Part shown: one piece after another, positions 39,420 through 52,694 of the stretch
Position numbering within the stretch: position 1 is the stretch's first letter
Layout: every line of letters begins with the position of its first letter
DNA from: Callorhinchus milii
Lineage: Eukaryota
DNA length: 64,000 bases
Reading direction: 5' to 3'
Assembly (NCBI RefSeq): GCF_018977255.1
Contig: NW_024704742.1
Span: forward strand, 107,200,001 to 107,264,000
Position numbers and translations under genes: made by a program
The notes under the pieces: model-generated
Database searches by the model: none
What the model saw: only the letters and a program-made list of their open reading frames with translations
Told to the model about the DNA's origin: nothing

Positions 39420-39875
39420 TTAGCTCTGGGTGCATAAAAGTCCCTGTCCCTAAATGTGGTGAGGCACACCGCCAGTTACCAGCAGAATTTAACATTTCTG
39501 AAACCTCTGCACATCCTGGTGTGAATATTACACTGATGACCCCTATGTTGCTAAGACCTATTACTGCCAGGAAAGAGGTGTGTTGCAAAGTGCCCCAGTG
39601 GCATCTTTGCGGTGTGGCTGCAGTGAATGCCACCAGAGCACTTTTTAGACACAAAAGCACATGTAAATAAACAGTGTTCTCTCCAGAGAATCCCCTTTTG
39701 CCCTGACTGAGTCATGAGGCTTTTGTTCTGATGAGATGTCAGGTCCTTGCTGAAGACTCATGACTTTCAGAAGGACTGTCTGGAGAAAACACAATCTACC
39801 TCGCGGGCACTTTTTCTGCTGACCACACACAGTGGTGATGCAGCTGGAGAAAGTTTCACACTGCAGGACTGTCCA
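39420..39875 (-). pseudogene. Decayed coding-like segment
   Basis: One frame reads DSPAV*NF...FSPDSPSESHESSART*HLIRTKAS*LSQGKRGFSGE... and then stays open for more than 85 codons. Most stops are TGA, consistent with CGA decay. Confidence 0.3.
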
Positions 39876-40185
39876 AAAGATTAATGCCCACAACTCATAT
39901 AATCATCCCAACAGAACATAGAGGCCAAGATAAAATGATTGGATGCCTAGAGCAATATACAACTGGCTCAATGGGCCAAGTGACCTTTTCAGTGTCCATA
40001 CTTTCTAATGTCTCATTCTTGCAACTCAAAGGATTTATTATGATAGTTAGTAACGAGCTTTCAACGTTACTGAACTAGTTTGTTCCCTGAAGGAAACTTG
40101 TAATTATACTCTTTTGTAGCAACACTATAGCCTCTCAGGAAATGCAAACGGATTCATCCTCTCGACTACCATAGGATTTAATCAT

Positions 40186-40238
40186 TGTGTGCATGTGTGT
40201 GCGTGTGTGTGCGTGCGTGTGTGCATGCGTGTTTGTGT
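40186..40238. repeat. (TG/TGCG)n microsatellite
   Basis: Visible directly in the sequence. Confidence 0.85.
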
Positions 40239-40924
40239 CTGGGAGATAGGGGGCAAGTAAAGGAGGCAGCTGCCATTTTTGTAGCTACATCTTTGAATCT
40301 GTAATATCCTGACTGCAGCCAGACATATTTTCATTAACGTATAAAGCCTCATTGAAATGCACCAAGACACATATGGAATTCCAAAGTTTAACATTAAAAG
40401 GTTATAATTCATGATTTCACTGTGATTTTCATCCTCCAGAGGGAATTGTATAAGATTAGCACTAACGGGAGATATCATTGTCTACTTTCTAATTAATGAA
40501 GATGAATTCATTCATTAATCATGAATATATTCTTTTAATATATTTTAATGAAGATGTCAATATGGATTCAAGTCTTTTTAAAGGTTTCTGTATGGGTATC
40601 AGTAACTCAGGATAAAGAAGTTTAAATGTGTCAGAATTCAATCATAGAATTTTACAGCCTGATATTTTTCAGTCCATCATGTCTCTGCTGGCTCTCTGAA
40701 AGCCTCATCAACTTGGTCCCACGCCCCTACCTTTTCTCTACCTTTTTTATATTCACCTAGAAATCCATAGTCACTGCACTTTGCATTTCTGCAAAGCACT
40801 TTGAGATATCCGGTCAACATAAATGGCATGACACCAAATGCTCAGATGATTACTATTTCTATAATTATTGTGCGCAACTACTGCATCTAGAGGTTAACAG
40901 AGATTGAGGGATACCTTATTCTCG

Positions 40925-41226
40925 GAAGGTATACTTTATCAACTCGCCACTGCATCACATCTCCCACACTGCCTGCCCCACTGTCAGAGGTCGGGCTTTC
41001 AGCCTTTCTGCCCCCACCAACTGGAACTGCCTCGTCCCTTTGTTCCAGCTCAAGACCTTCATGCCTTTGGTCATCTTCCCACACCCCACCACCCTTGGCC
41101 AAACCCCTCCCCGAATCCAACCCTCGAATCCAACCAGCTTGGGTGCAAACCCTTGACTGTTCAGTGCCTTGGGAGGTCCTCCTGATGCGAAAGGCGCTAC
41201 ATAAATGCAATTTGTTGTTGTTGTTG
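40925..41226 (+). mobile_element. L2 LINE 3' end
   Basis: Similar to 21050-21364, with a (TTG)n tail. Confidence 0.75.
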
Positions 41227-42411
41227 CAGTAGTAGTAGGGATGAGTGCAAACTGAGCTATAAATCTGAAGCTGTAAATCCCCCTCACCCCCAACTTCCAC
41301 CCTTAGAATTATCAAGTGTTTTAGGCTGTTGTCTCAGCGTGAAAGGCGCCATATAAGTGTAAATTGTATTGTGTTGTATTGAAGTAATTTAAATTAGACC
41401 AGTTAGAGCCTCCGCAACAGGGTCCAGGTGTGGCAATCCATCTGAAGTCATTTCAATAATACACTTTGTACACTGAAAAAATACCGAACCCAAATTGTGT
41501 CTTTTCTCAGGATTTTGTACCAGATCCAGTCAAAGTTTTCATACCATATTTTATCAGCACTTGAAAATTTATCCTTTGAAGCTAAAAATAAGATATTCAA
41601 GACTGCAAAGCAGGCAACGAAGTACAACCTCCTGTGTTTCTTCACAAGAAATCAAACGGATCAAAAAAAACCTTTATGTGTACAGGATATCTAATGATTG
41701 TGAAAATAATTAGTGGCTGTGGATTCTATATATGAGAAAGAAAGGCATGTGTACAAAATATGAAACAGTATAATATGTATCATGATTGGTAGTGTTGACT
41801 TGCTAATAGAAAATGTTTTTCCCCACCCTCCCCCATTCCTATAGAAGTGTTGCAGCAGTTTCACAAACGTTAGACTGCACCTAATCTTTTAAATGAAGAA
41901 TCTAATAGCAAGTCTGTGCTGCAACATGATTGACAGGTTCCACATCAGCCTGTGAAAACCTATTCCAACAGTCAAAAAGGAATAAGCAATTTACTTCAGC
42001 GAAAAATAATTTTATATTTTGCTGGCAATGAGTTAATTCTGAGCCGCACTCCACTATTGCATGCAACCCTAATTTCCTGATAGTTAAATAGTAGTTAGTA
42101 TATTTTGAAAAACATAAAAAATATATACTGTATTACAATGCTTCAGTTGAAATGTGGAAAACTGGTAAAACCATGTGAGTCAATTGAGTGCACTTGTCGA
42201 CGCTTATTTCTATCAAATTGTCAGGTTTTAAGATTCTCTGACAAGAGATAAACCCAATGTGTAGAATAAAAATAGCTTCTATTCTTTCAGTATCACAGAG
42301 GTGACACAATAGTGTCAATTGTAAACAAAGTCTTATTAGCATATATGTGTTTTACAATCTTAGGTTAAAAAAAGTTTTGTGTTCGTTGTTCTGCAACAAT
42401 TAGTTATTCGT

Positions 42412-42783
42412 GGGATCCTGTAACTCAGTGGTTAGAGCACTCGCCTCGCAAATGAGAGGACCTGGGTTCGATTCCTGGTTTGGGGAAGTTTCCTTACTCT
42501 GTAGGTCAGCAGGAACCATTGTTAGTCGAATGGAGAATCGCGTTTCCGGGGATGATAAACCCTTCAGAAAATAAATTAATTAAATAATAATAATAATAAT
42601 TTGGTCACTCGACCCACAACTGTTTGTGGGACCCTCTGTGTGCCTTTGGCTGCTGCGTTTCGCCCACAAAATATACAGTCAATTCACTTTACAGTATAGT
42701 TTGTGAAGCACTTTGACACCTCTCGAAGATGTGATAAGGCACTATATCAAATGCAAGGAATATTATTATTATGATTATTATAA
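42412..42783 (+). mobile_element. tRNA-derived SINE, subfamily B variant
   Basis: Head, partial CORE-like block and tail. Confidence 0.85.
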
Positions 42784-43167
42784 TCTTAATATAAATGGTG
42801 TAATACAATAAAATGCTTTAAAGTATGAATATATTCAATATGTAAGACATGCATTTTATATTTGTTTGGAATATCTTGTAGATTAACTAAAAATATAATT
42901 TTTAGAATAAAATGTACATCAAGGATTTGTGTTACAATAATTTACATTATATAATCTTCACATTGGGAAGATGTCTCAATGCACTTCACACAAGAATGCA
43001 AAATAATGAAAGAGAATGAGAAGGTTAAACAACTAAAGAAGATTTTTTTGCTCCATGCCAGAAGAATACAATACTGGAATCAAATCCATTTACGAGATAC
43101 AATTTATGAAAAATTATACAAGTTATCACATATTTGTTGTATTATTTGTTGTATTCTATGAAGTAAG

Positions 43168-44278
43168 AGAGACAACTTTCTTCAGCTCAACGTGCGTAAA
43201 ACTGAGGCCCTCCTGATTGGCTCACGTCAGCGCCTCCGTACCTCAGGTGCTGACACCATCAGCATCCAAGGCTGCACTCTCCACCTCTCAAAGCCAGTCA
43301 GGAACCTCGGGGTTCTGTTCGACCCTGAGCTGTCCTTTCTCCCTCATATCCGCACCACAACTGGCACCGCCTTCCATCACCTCCGGAACATCGCCAGACT
43401 ACGGCACTACCTCACCCCTCACGCTGCTGAAACTCTGGTCCACGCCTTTATCACCTCAAGGCTGGACTATGGGAACTCTCTCCTCGCCGGCCTTCCCAGG
43501 CAGGGCGAAACCTTGGGCAAGTTTCCTTACTCCACACGCCTAATAATAATCCCTCCAAAAACCAAAAACAATAATAAATTGGTCATTTTCAATCTACGAC
43601 TGTTTGTGGGACATTGCTGTGCGCAATTGGCTGCTGCGTTCACCCACAAATATACAGTCAATTCACTTTACAGTGTGTTCTGTGAAGCGCTTTGTGACGT
43701 CCTCCCGAAGTGAAAAGCGCTATATCAAATGCAAGGATTATTATTAACTCTGCAGCTCGTGTACTGTCCTGCACCAGACTTCGCGACCACATCACTCCCA
43801 CCCTCGCTCGCCTCCACTGGCTCCCCCTCCCCCAGAGGATCGATTTCAAGATCCTCATCCTCACCTACAAGGCCATTCACGGTCTTGCTCCCTCCTACCT
43901 CTCCGACCTACTATCCCCCTACCTACCTGCCCGTACCCTCTGTTCCTCTGGCTCCGGTCTGCTCCACATCCCCCGCCCCAACCGCCCTACCATCGGTGGC
44001 CGGGCCTTCAGCTTCTCAGCCCCGAGGCTCTGGAACTCTATCCCCCAGTGCTTTCGCCGCCTCCTCCCTTTCCTCCTTCAAGGCCGGTCTCAAGACCTTT
44101 CTCTTTGACCGTGCCTTCAGCTCCCCTCTCGACTCTCTACCCCCTCCTCGCTCCCTTCCTTCCCTCCCCTCACCCTGACCATTTTCCCCCTGCTCGGGTC
44201 CTGACCCAACTGTACAGCGCCTTGGGACGTCCTCCCAAAGTGAAAGGCGCTCTATAAATGGAATCTTGTTGTTGTTGT
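43168..44278 (+). mobile_element. Young 5'-truncated L2 LINE (RT C-terminus plus 3' UTR) with an inserted SINE
   Basis: NFLQLNVRKTEALLIG...VRNLGVLFDPELSF...HAFITSRLDYGNSLLAGLP, then NSAARVL...LHWLP...RIDFKILILTYKA; (TTG)n tail. Confidence 0.92.
43495..43746 (+). mobile_element. 5'-truncated SINE, subfamily C, nested in L2
   Basis: Starts just after the B box and ends in (TTA)n. Confidence 0.9.
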
Positions 44279-44394
44279 AACCTTGTTAGTTTCTATTTCA
44301 ATGTTTTGAAATGTTGATGCTTATTTAATTATTCTATTAGTTGACAAACCACATAATTTCTATCTTAAATGCGTGTTTTACGGCCTTTTTTCTT

Positions 44395-44790
44395 CCTGGT
44401 TCCTGAGCTGACTGGTACCACAGCGTTCCTGGGCTGATGAGCCAGACAGCCTGGCTCAACAGCAGAACTTGGAAGGGCAGACCAGCAATTCTTGAGGATT
44501 CCCATTCAACTCCTGTTAACCGTACAAGTCAAAGCCCTAATGGTAGTCCTAAAAGGACCACTGGCAAGCTATGTGGTTTCAGCTGGTTAATCTCCAGCAG
44601 GACCCCAACACCCATTCTATGCTCCCCGAGCATTGGCTCTCACCAACCTGCACCTAATACTTTCCAGGAGAGAGCACACATTCTATTCCAGGCATGAAGA
44701 TTGCCGTACGTAGATAGCATGGAGTGGAACTCTCAATCTGGTTTGGATACTCGTACATACGGTGATGGGTTTCCAATTGCCTGGCTGACC
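44395..44790 (+). repeat. Family X repeat copy
   Basis: Similar to 50890-51360. Confidence 0.6.
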
Positions 44791-45069
44791 CTTTTTGTCT
44801 CAGTGATGATGAACTGAAGCGACCAGCATGACATCTCTGTGATCTAATGAAATGATGTTTAGCTTTATTGTTCGGCTGGTTTCAGTCTGTCAGTGAAAAG
44901 GTAGATTGATAGTGTGTTTAGCTAAAGGAGAGTCAAAAGGTAAGCTGGTACATGTCATGACTTTTTATCATCCATGTGAGGCACAACACAACGTAACATT
45001 GTGCTACAAACTGTACATTTCTGATATCAAATAATAAAAGAATCCTTGCATTTGATATTATGCCTATGT

Positions 45070-45390
45070 GGAGTCCTGTAGCTCAGTGGTTAGAGCACTC
45101 GCTTTGCAAGCGAGAGACCTGAGTTCAATTCCAGGCAGTGTGAAACCTTGGGCAAGTTTCCTTACACCACACGCCTAACAATAATCCCTCCAACACCAAA
45201 AACAATAATAAATTGGTCATTTTCAATCTACGACTATTTGTGGGACATTGCTGTGCGCAATTGGCTGCCGCGTTCGCCCACAAATATACAGTCAATTCAC
45301 TTTACAGTGGGTTCTGTGAAGCGCTTTGGGACGTCCTCCCGACGTGAAAAGCGCTATATCAAATGCAAGGATTATATTATTATTATTATT
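45070..45390 (+). mobile_element. Young SINE, subfamily C, inserted in an older antisense SINE tail (about 45031-45470)
   Basis: Older tail sequence resumes on both flanks. Confidence 0.9.
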
Positions 45391-46277
45391 AATCACATCT
45401 TGAGACATCTCAAAGGGCTTCATGGGATACACTACAAAGTGGATTGATTGTATCTTGCGTGTGAAACATCCTCAAAATAGTTTATAATATTTTATTTTAG
45501 GTCAGGTTATTTTTTCATGCTTTTCCAGTAAAATATATTTAAGAATTTGATAAAACCTACAAGTTTCTATAACACTTTATTTTTATCCAAATCAAACTGA
45601 GAGGTTCATGCATGTGTAGGTGGGATGCATCAGTTTGGTTTGGATACTCTTAAGCACGGTTGAAGGATTTCTGCATGTGTCAGACACCCAGCTGACCAAA
45701 AAAAACTTTTCCAGGAAAACATGCTTAGGAACTTGACAAAACTTGCAGTTTTGTGTGTTTCTATAATACGTTATTATTAGATGTAAAAAAATGAATTGTT
45801 GGAAAATCTGATAATTTATATGTATCATTAGTACAATCATAGTTTATAGAATGGCACTCTGGGACACTACCCTGCATGAGGGACGCTGTATAAATGTAAG
45901 TTGTTGTTGTTGGTTTCTGACCTGAATGTTACATTACTTGTTGAGTGCTTTAAATGGATGAGATAGAATTACAAAGTCATAACATTGGCTTCCATCCCTC
46001 ACCTAATTACCTTCTTTGATATTCACCAAAGGGTGGGGGCAGAAAGGATGAAGGCCCGACCGCTGACAGTGGGGTGGGCTGGGCGGGGGATGTGGCGCAT
46101 GCTGGAGCTGTTATTCATGCTGTTAGTGCAGTCAATGGATGATGACAGTGTTATGTAGTTTACCTGAAGATTAGTTACGATTTCTGAAAATCTCTATTGT
46201 TCTGATTCATTATTATTTTCATTTCAGAATGACATTTTGTTAGTGTAGTTCTGATAAGCACTAATAACAAACATTAT

Positions 46278-46643
46278 GGAGTCCTGTAGCTCAGTGGTTA
46301 GAGCACTCACTTTGCAAACGAGAGACCTGAGTTCAATTCCAGGCAGAGCGAAACCTTGGGCAAGTTTCTTTACTCCACACAGAGCCTAATAATAATCCCT
46401 CCAAAACCAAAAACAATAATAAATTGTAAATTAGATAATTTAGATAAAGGTAAAAACAATAATAAATTAGATTTTCAATCTACGACTGTTTGTGGGACAT
46501 TGCTGTGCGCAATTGGCTGCCGCGTTCACCCACAAATATGCAGTCAATTCACTTTACAGTGTGTTCTGTGAAGCACTTTGGGACGTCCTCCCGACGTGAA
46601 AAGCGCTATATCAAATGCAAGGATTATTATTATTATTATTATT
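46278..46643 (+). mobile_element. Young SINE, subfamily C, with an internal duplication/insertion
   Basis: AAAAACAATAATAAATT is duplicated around an AT-rich insert. Confidence 0.9.
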
Positions 46644-46739
46644 CTATTGCAACTACTAAATTATGTTCACCTCCAAAAAAAAATGCGGCATGCAAAAATG
46701 AGCCACTATTTACCCACTAGTGTGAAGATACGTATGTGT

Positions 46740-47365
46740 ATCAGCCTGGCTCAGTTGGTAGCACTCTCACCTCTGACTCAGAATGTGTGGTTTCAAGCTT
46801 CACGTTGGGATATTGAACACATACAGTCCAGGTTGATACTTCCAGTCTGCTGGGGCTCAGCTGTATTGCTGGAGTGCATTGCCTGAAAGGGTGGTGGAAG
46901 CTGATTCGATAACAACTTTTAAGAGAGAAGTCAATAATTATTTGGGAAGGATACGTTTGCAGGGCTATAGGGAGACAATGGGGGAGTGGGATTGATTTGG
47001 ATAGCTCTTTTAAAAGAGCTGGCACACAGAAACAATAGGCCGAATAACCTCCTTCTGTGCTATATAATTCTATGTTCTTTCAAATGAGATTTTAAATTGA
47101 GATCCTGTCTGCCTGTATGGTTGGACTTTCAAGATCGCATAGCACTGCTCAAAAGGAGAAGGGATTTTCTCCTGGCAACTAAAGCCCCAAATAAAATTAG
47201 TCACTTACTTAATGGCTGTTTCTGAGATGTTGTTGTGTACAAAATTGGTACATCTGCCTACAAAAATACAGTCACAACCCTTTACAATAAATCCTGTGAA
47301 GTGCTTTAAGGCATCCTCCCAATGTGAATTTCACAGTATCAAAAGCAAAGATTATTATTATTATT
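46740..47365 (+). mobile_element. Deu-domain SINE, subfamily A, interrupted by a CR1 3' end (about 46875-47078)
   Basis: SINE head, then a CR1 tail ending ATTCTATGTTCT, then the Deu domain resumes. Confidence 0.7.
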
Positions 47366-48061
47366 TAGTTGTGCACATGCAGCAACCACCGGTTGATTAT
47401 CATTATTATTGACAATTGAAATTCCCTAGACAAATGAATGCTGCTCTGTAATGTGGTTATTATGGTTTCTTGGAACAAACCCATTTTGCAGATATATACA
47501 ACCAGTTTTAGGCTGCACAGGTAAATTATGCATCATAAAGATACTGTATAACCAGCAATAGTATAGTGAAAACTCACCTTAAGGTCACCCCACTGTTGTG
47601 ATCAACTCAGTAATGTGGGCATTTATTTCACCGTCTTTTTCATTTGCACTTTATAATACCGTATATTGTAATACGAACTCAGTTAGTCAGTCATTTCGCT
47701 TTCTGGTCATTTACCAGTCCTTACTGCTGTTGATGACTCGGTACGTCGACCAAAGAATTATCACTTACAAAATAGACACTTTACGGTATATTCTGTGAAG
47801 CACTTTGAGATGTCTAGAAGATGTGAAAAGCGCTATATCAAATTTAAGTATTATTATTATTTATTATATTATATCAAATGCAAGGATTATTATAATTATT
47901 TATTATTACTCAGCACCTTTCGTGCTTTTTGATTTATGTGATCAAAACAACAAATCACATTGGATGTAGTACTGGACCATGTGATTGTAACAGCGAATTC
48001 TCGTCACCTATATAAATTGTATGATTTTCTACATCTATGGTGAGCCATTATAGCAACTCTT

Positions 48062-48370
48062 GGATTTATTTTATCAACTGAGTGTCGTGCGGAAACCCAT
48101 CACCAGGCTTAAGAGTATCCAACCCAAGCTGAGATTTCTATGCATCCCACCTAAGCATGGAAATCCCAGAGATAGATTGTTGGAATGGAATGCGCACTCT
48201 CTCTCTGGAGGAATGCATCCTACTTACCTAATTCTGGAAAGTATTAGACACAGGTTGTCAAGAGCTAAGGCTTGGGGACCCCAGAGTGTGCATTAGGGTA
48301 CTGCTGGAGTCTAAAAGCGCATTGATATTGTTCCCTGGCAAACTTTCTCCCTGCTTGTTTTCAGCTAAGA
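48062..48370 (-). repeat. Family X repeat copy
   Basis: Matches 18990-19250 directly and 51080-51365 in reverse. Confidence 0.65.
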
Positions 48371-49074
48371 TAATCTTACCTATTAGAGCTTTAGCTTGCA
48401 GAATTTACAGGAGGTGAGGAGAATTTATAGGATCATCTGGAGTGGAGAGTTCAACATAGACCAGATGAACAATAGGAACATTTTCATTAAGCTTGAAACC
48501 CATAACTGAAAGCTCCAGGACTATTCACTATTCTTCTGCAACTCATTTGTAAATCTTTACTTTCACCAGTTTTGAGCATCTTTACAATAATTCTCTTTCA
48601 ATGCACATCTAAAACCATCAGGAATCAGGAATATAGCAAGCTCAATTAGCTTTTCTACCAACATTTCACAAACGTTCCCAACTCCTGTTTTGTTGGGTAG
48701 GAATGCCAAGAGCAAGGATAAATGATCCATTCCGCTACCTCCCAATGTTCCACTGCTCTTCATGCTTTCTTATGTTTCCATACAGGTTCATCAAGTGAGG
48801 AATGTCAGCCCCCTGCTGACCTCTGATGGTTTTGGGGTTGAACAGCTGGGAAGAGCTGACTTTTCCTTGACCTTATTCAGCCTCTGGAAAACAACTGCTA
48901 AAAGAAGCGGCAACAATTGATACTATGGACTGCATTCCCACAGGGAAATGACCCTATGAAATTTTGCCAGGGTTTGTAGGAATAGTTAATACAGATATGA
49001 ACAAGTTTCTTCTGTATTAACAGACAATTATGGCTTTCGCTATGGGCCATTTGTGAATATGAGTAAAAAAGGAT

Positions 49075-49695
49075 TGCAAGTATAATCCTTGCCTTTATGT
49101 CCAGAGGAATGGAGTCCAAATGCAGGGAAATAATATAAAATTTATATAAAATCTTAGTTAGATCACATTTGGAATGCTGTGAGCAATTCAGGTCACTACA
49201 GGAAGGAAATGTTAGCATTGGAGAGCGTGCAGCCTAAATTTACTAGGATGTGATGAAGGATGTAATAATGCAGCTATCAAGAAAGATGAGACAGATTAGA
49301 GCTTTTCTCTCTGAGAGGATTAAGAAGGGATCTGATAGAGGTGTTTAAAATTATGAAAGGATTCAATAGGGCTGTTTCAACCTGTTGGTCAGTCCAAAGC
49401 AAAGAGGGACATAAATATATGATAGCCAGCAGCAGGTCTTAAATTTGAGTTTAGACAGAACTTTAAGCAGAGGGTGGCAAGAGTGTGGAATTCACTGCCG
49501 GAAGCTGTGCTAAAGCAAAAAGCATTGAACGTATTTAAGAGGAAACGCAAAGCAAACATTAGGGAGAAGGAAATAGAGAGGATTGGGAAAGGGGATAAAG
49601 ATGGGTGGAGGCTCATGTGGAGTACAAATTCCAGCAGAGACTAGTTGGACTGAAAGGCCCGTTTCCATGTTGTATAGTTTATGTAATTCTATGTA
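49075..49695 (+). mobile_element. CR1 LINE 3' fragment
   Basis: Remnants YKILVRSHLEC, LESVQPKFTRM and RLRRDLIEVFKIMKG, plus a CR1 tail. Confidence 0.8.
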
Positions 49696-50869
49696 CTTGA
49701 CAAATCTCCATTCATCAAATTTGTGTGAAAAATGGATTTAATTTCAGTTTCATTCAAAGGAACAACAGCTTTAAAAATATTAGGAGATAGAAAGAAATCT
49801 CTACTAAGACATTGAGCAAAGTAGCTGCTACTAATATCTAAAATTAGGCTGTAGGCTTTTGAGAGGTTGTGGAATAATATTGTTGAATCTACCATTAGTG
49901 TCATCAAATATACTCTATCACAATCTGACTCTTCATCTTGCTGAGTAGGAAACTTCATGGCTGATTATTGAATATATTTGCCCCAAGACAAGAGGAAAAA
50001 AGATAGATTGACTGCTTTGAGATGATTTCAAATGATTCCTTATAGTACAATACAAGTTACATTTATATAGCACCTTTCACATTGGGGTAATGACTCAAAG
50101 GGTTTAACAATGTTGGATGGGCACCTGAGCTAGGGATGGAAGCCGAGTGGGGCAGAGAGGGAAAAGATAGAAAAATAAAACAGAATTGAACACCCTTGAG
50201 AATGCAGGGAAGATTGGTGACGGAAAACATAGAATATTGAGAAAAGTGTTAACAGTTTTTTAAAATAATTTTATAAAAATCCATATTTAAACCAGGATCC
50301 ATCATTTGTGGATGCCTGATCCACTGTAATTCCTCTGAAGTGGTGAAGGTACTTCAAAAATTAATAACATGAAAAGGATGGTGAAAATGACTCAAGCAAA
50401 TTGATTTCAAATCCCATGGCACTGAAGAGGTTACATAAGAGACTGACAAAGAATTGTGGAGTATGGACTCCACTGCCTATAAGTTATTAGACCTTTGCTG
50501 ACATGCTTTTATGTAATATCTTGGCATAAATAGCTAGATATTTATTATTAATAATATTATTATGGTTCAGGAATAATTATATGGTGATTGCAAATAACAT
50601 GTTAATTTGGCTCCTGGAAATAAACGGATGTTTAAACAGATGCTGACAACTGCATCAGTAAGGAATAGCTGTAGACATCATTTGCAAGCTACAGAGCATT
50701 CTTCCTTTAATAATAGCTAAATATGGAATTCACTTATAAGAAATACTATCCCCATGTGGGGGTGGGGGGGGGGGGGGGGGGGCGGTGGGTTGGGTAGGAG
50801 GTAAACTGGCTCTACTTGGAGATTAACTGGTTCCAAGGTCACATGTTTGGTAACGGAGTATGGGAATCG

Positions 50870-51370
50870 AACAAATCCTCTGTGGCAGACTCGGTATTCC
50901 AGTTCCTGAGCCAGATATCTACAATATTCCAGGGCACTGCTGATGACACGCCAGCCAAGCTGGATCATTGGAAGGGCAGACCAGTTACTGGGGCCAAACA
51001 ACTTCCCACTCAGCTTCCTCTAATCCTGTAAACCAAAGCCCTAATTTGTAGCGTGGTTCTAGCTGGACAAGCAATGGGAAATCTTACCAGACAATGCATC
51101 AATGACAAACTATGTGGCTTTAACTGGTTAGACTCCAGCAGTACCCTAACACACACGCTAGGGTCTCCAAGCCTTGACAACCTGGTTTTAATACTTTCCA
51201 GGATTAGATAAGCAGGGCGAGCCCATCCAGGAAGAGAGTGGGCATCCAATAAACATCTCTGTAATTTCCATGTGTAGATGGGATGCATAGAATTATCAGA
51301 TTGATTTGGGTGCTCTTAAGCATGGTGATGCATTTCTGCATGTGTCATACACCCGGTTGATCAAAAATAA
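50870..51370 (+). repeat. Family X repeat, longest copy
   Basis: Ends in GGTTGATCAAAAATAA; at least five other copies in the window. Confidence 0.65.
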
Positions 51371-51769
51371 TATAAGGAATTCTACCAGCCTCCTGAAGCT
51401 ACTTTCTCTGAGAGAAATAACTCCAATCAGGAGCCACATCGAAATATATTCTTAAATTTCTTGAAAATGGAGTGCATTTTTTTATTTGGTTTGGAAATTT
51501 TTCATTGGGTATTTTTAGCAATAGTTTGGCCACACTAAGTATAGAAACAGTAGCTGTACGTAACAATAATTATAATAAAATAATAATCCTTGCATTTGAT
51601 ACAGTGCCTTATCAAGTTATCAAGATGTCTCACAGCGTTTCACAAGATATAGAGTATTGTGAAGTGATGTAACTGTGTGTATTTTGTGGTCAAATTGCCT
51701 TGAGTCATTTCGACATGATAAGGCATAAATAGAAAGTATGAATTTCTTTGTTTTTCTCTCATACAGCTA

Positions 51770-52041
51770 CAACAACAAAAACAACAACAACAAGATTCCA
51801 TTTATAGAGCGCCTTTCACGTCAGGAGGACGTCCCAAGGCGTTGTACAGTTGGGTCAGGACCCGAGCAGGGGGGAAATGGTCAGGGTGAGGGGAAGGAAG
51901 GGAGGAGCGAGGAGGGGGTAGAGAGTCGAGAGGGGAGCCGAAGGCTCGGTCAAAGAGAAAGGTCTTGAGACCGCCCTTGAAGGAGGAAAGGGAGGAGTCA
52001 AGGCGAAGGCACTGGGGGATAGAGTTCCAAAGCCTCGGGGC
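51770..52041 (-). mobile_element. Young L2 LINE 3' end
   Basis: Nearly identical reverse complement of about 44017-44278. Confidence 0.9.
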
Positions 52042-52321
52042 TAATTTGATGCATCAGTATTTTCGGTTGGCAAAATATGTAATAATAAAACCAACAATGT
52101 TTTGTTTCCAGTTGGTGTAATAAGATCAGACTTATGCGAGTTTTACTGTAATACTGTGGAAAAATGAATACTGTATATGTTTGATTGTCCATATTTGGCT
52201 AAACATCCACCTTACACTGATTTTCCAAAGAGTTATCACTCTTAATCTACACAATTGTTTTGTGTGCGCTGAATGCTTCAGAGTTCCAGAATCCCCACCA
52301 CTTCTCCAATTAGTCTTCTCA

Positions 52322-52640
52322 GAGTCCTGTAGCTCAGTGGTTAGAGCACTCACTTTGCAAGCGAGAGACCTGAGTTCAATTCCAGGCAGGGCGAAACCTT
52401 GGGCAAGTTTCCTTACTCCACACGCCTAATAATAATCCCTCAAAAAAAACAATAATAAATTGCTCATTTTCAATCCATGACTTTTTGTGGGACATTGCTG
52501 TGCACAATTGGCTGCTGAATTCGCCCACAAATATACAATCAATTCACTTTACAGTATATTCTGTGAGGCGCTTTGGGACGTCTAGAAGATGTGAAAAGCG
52601 CTATATCAAATGCAAGGATTATTATTATTATTACTATTAT
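52322..52640 (+). mobile_element. tRNA-derived SINE, subfamily C
   Basis: Consensus match. Confidence 0.9.
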
Positions 52641-52694
52641 AATCTGAGCCCTGTGAGGCTAAATAATCTTAAAATTTAACACAGAATTTCGCAC

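Noticed and set aside
41448..41645. Type II membrane or sialyltransferase-like N-terminus (KKHRRLYFVACFAVLNILFLA)
   Set aside because: GTG start, early stop, no similarity to ST8SIA proteins and no sialyl motifs elsewhere in the window.
45070..45145. tRNA-Ala-like genes (many copies)
   Set aside because: They lack a proper acceptor stem and are always fused to the SINE body and tail, so they are SINE heads.
45148..46886. Recurring short ORFs ending in [12 protein letters not shown] or NARIIII
   Set aside because: These are translations of the SINE tail and its (TTA)n microsatellite.
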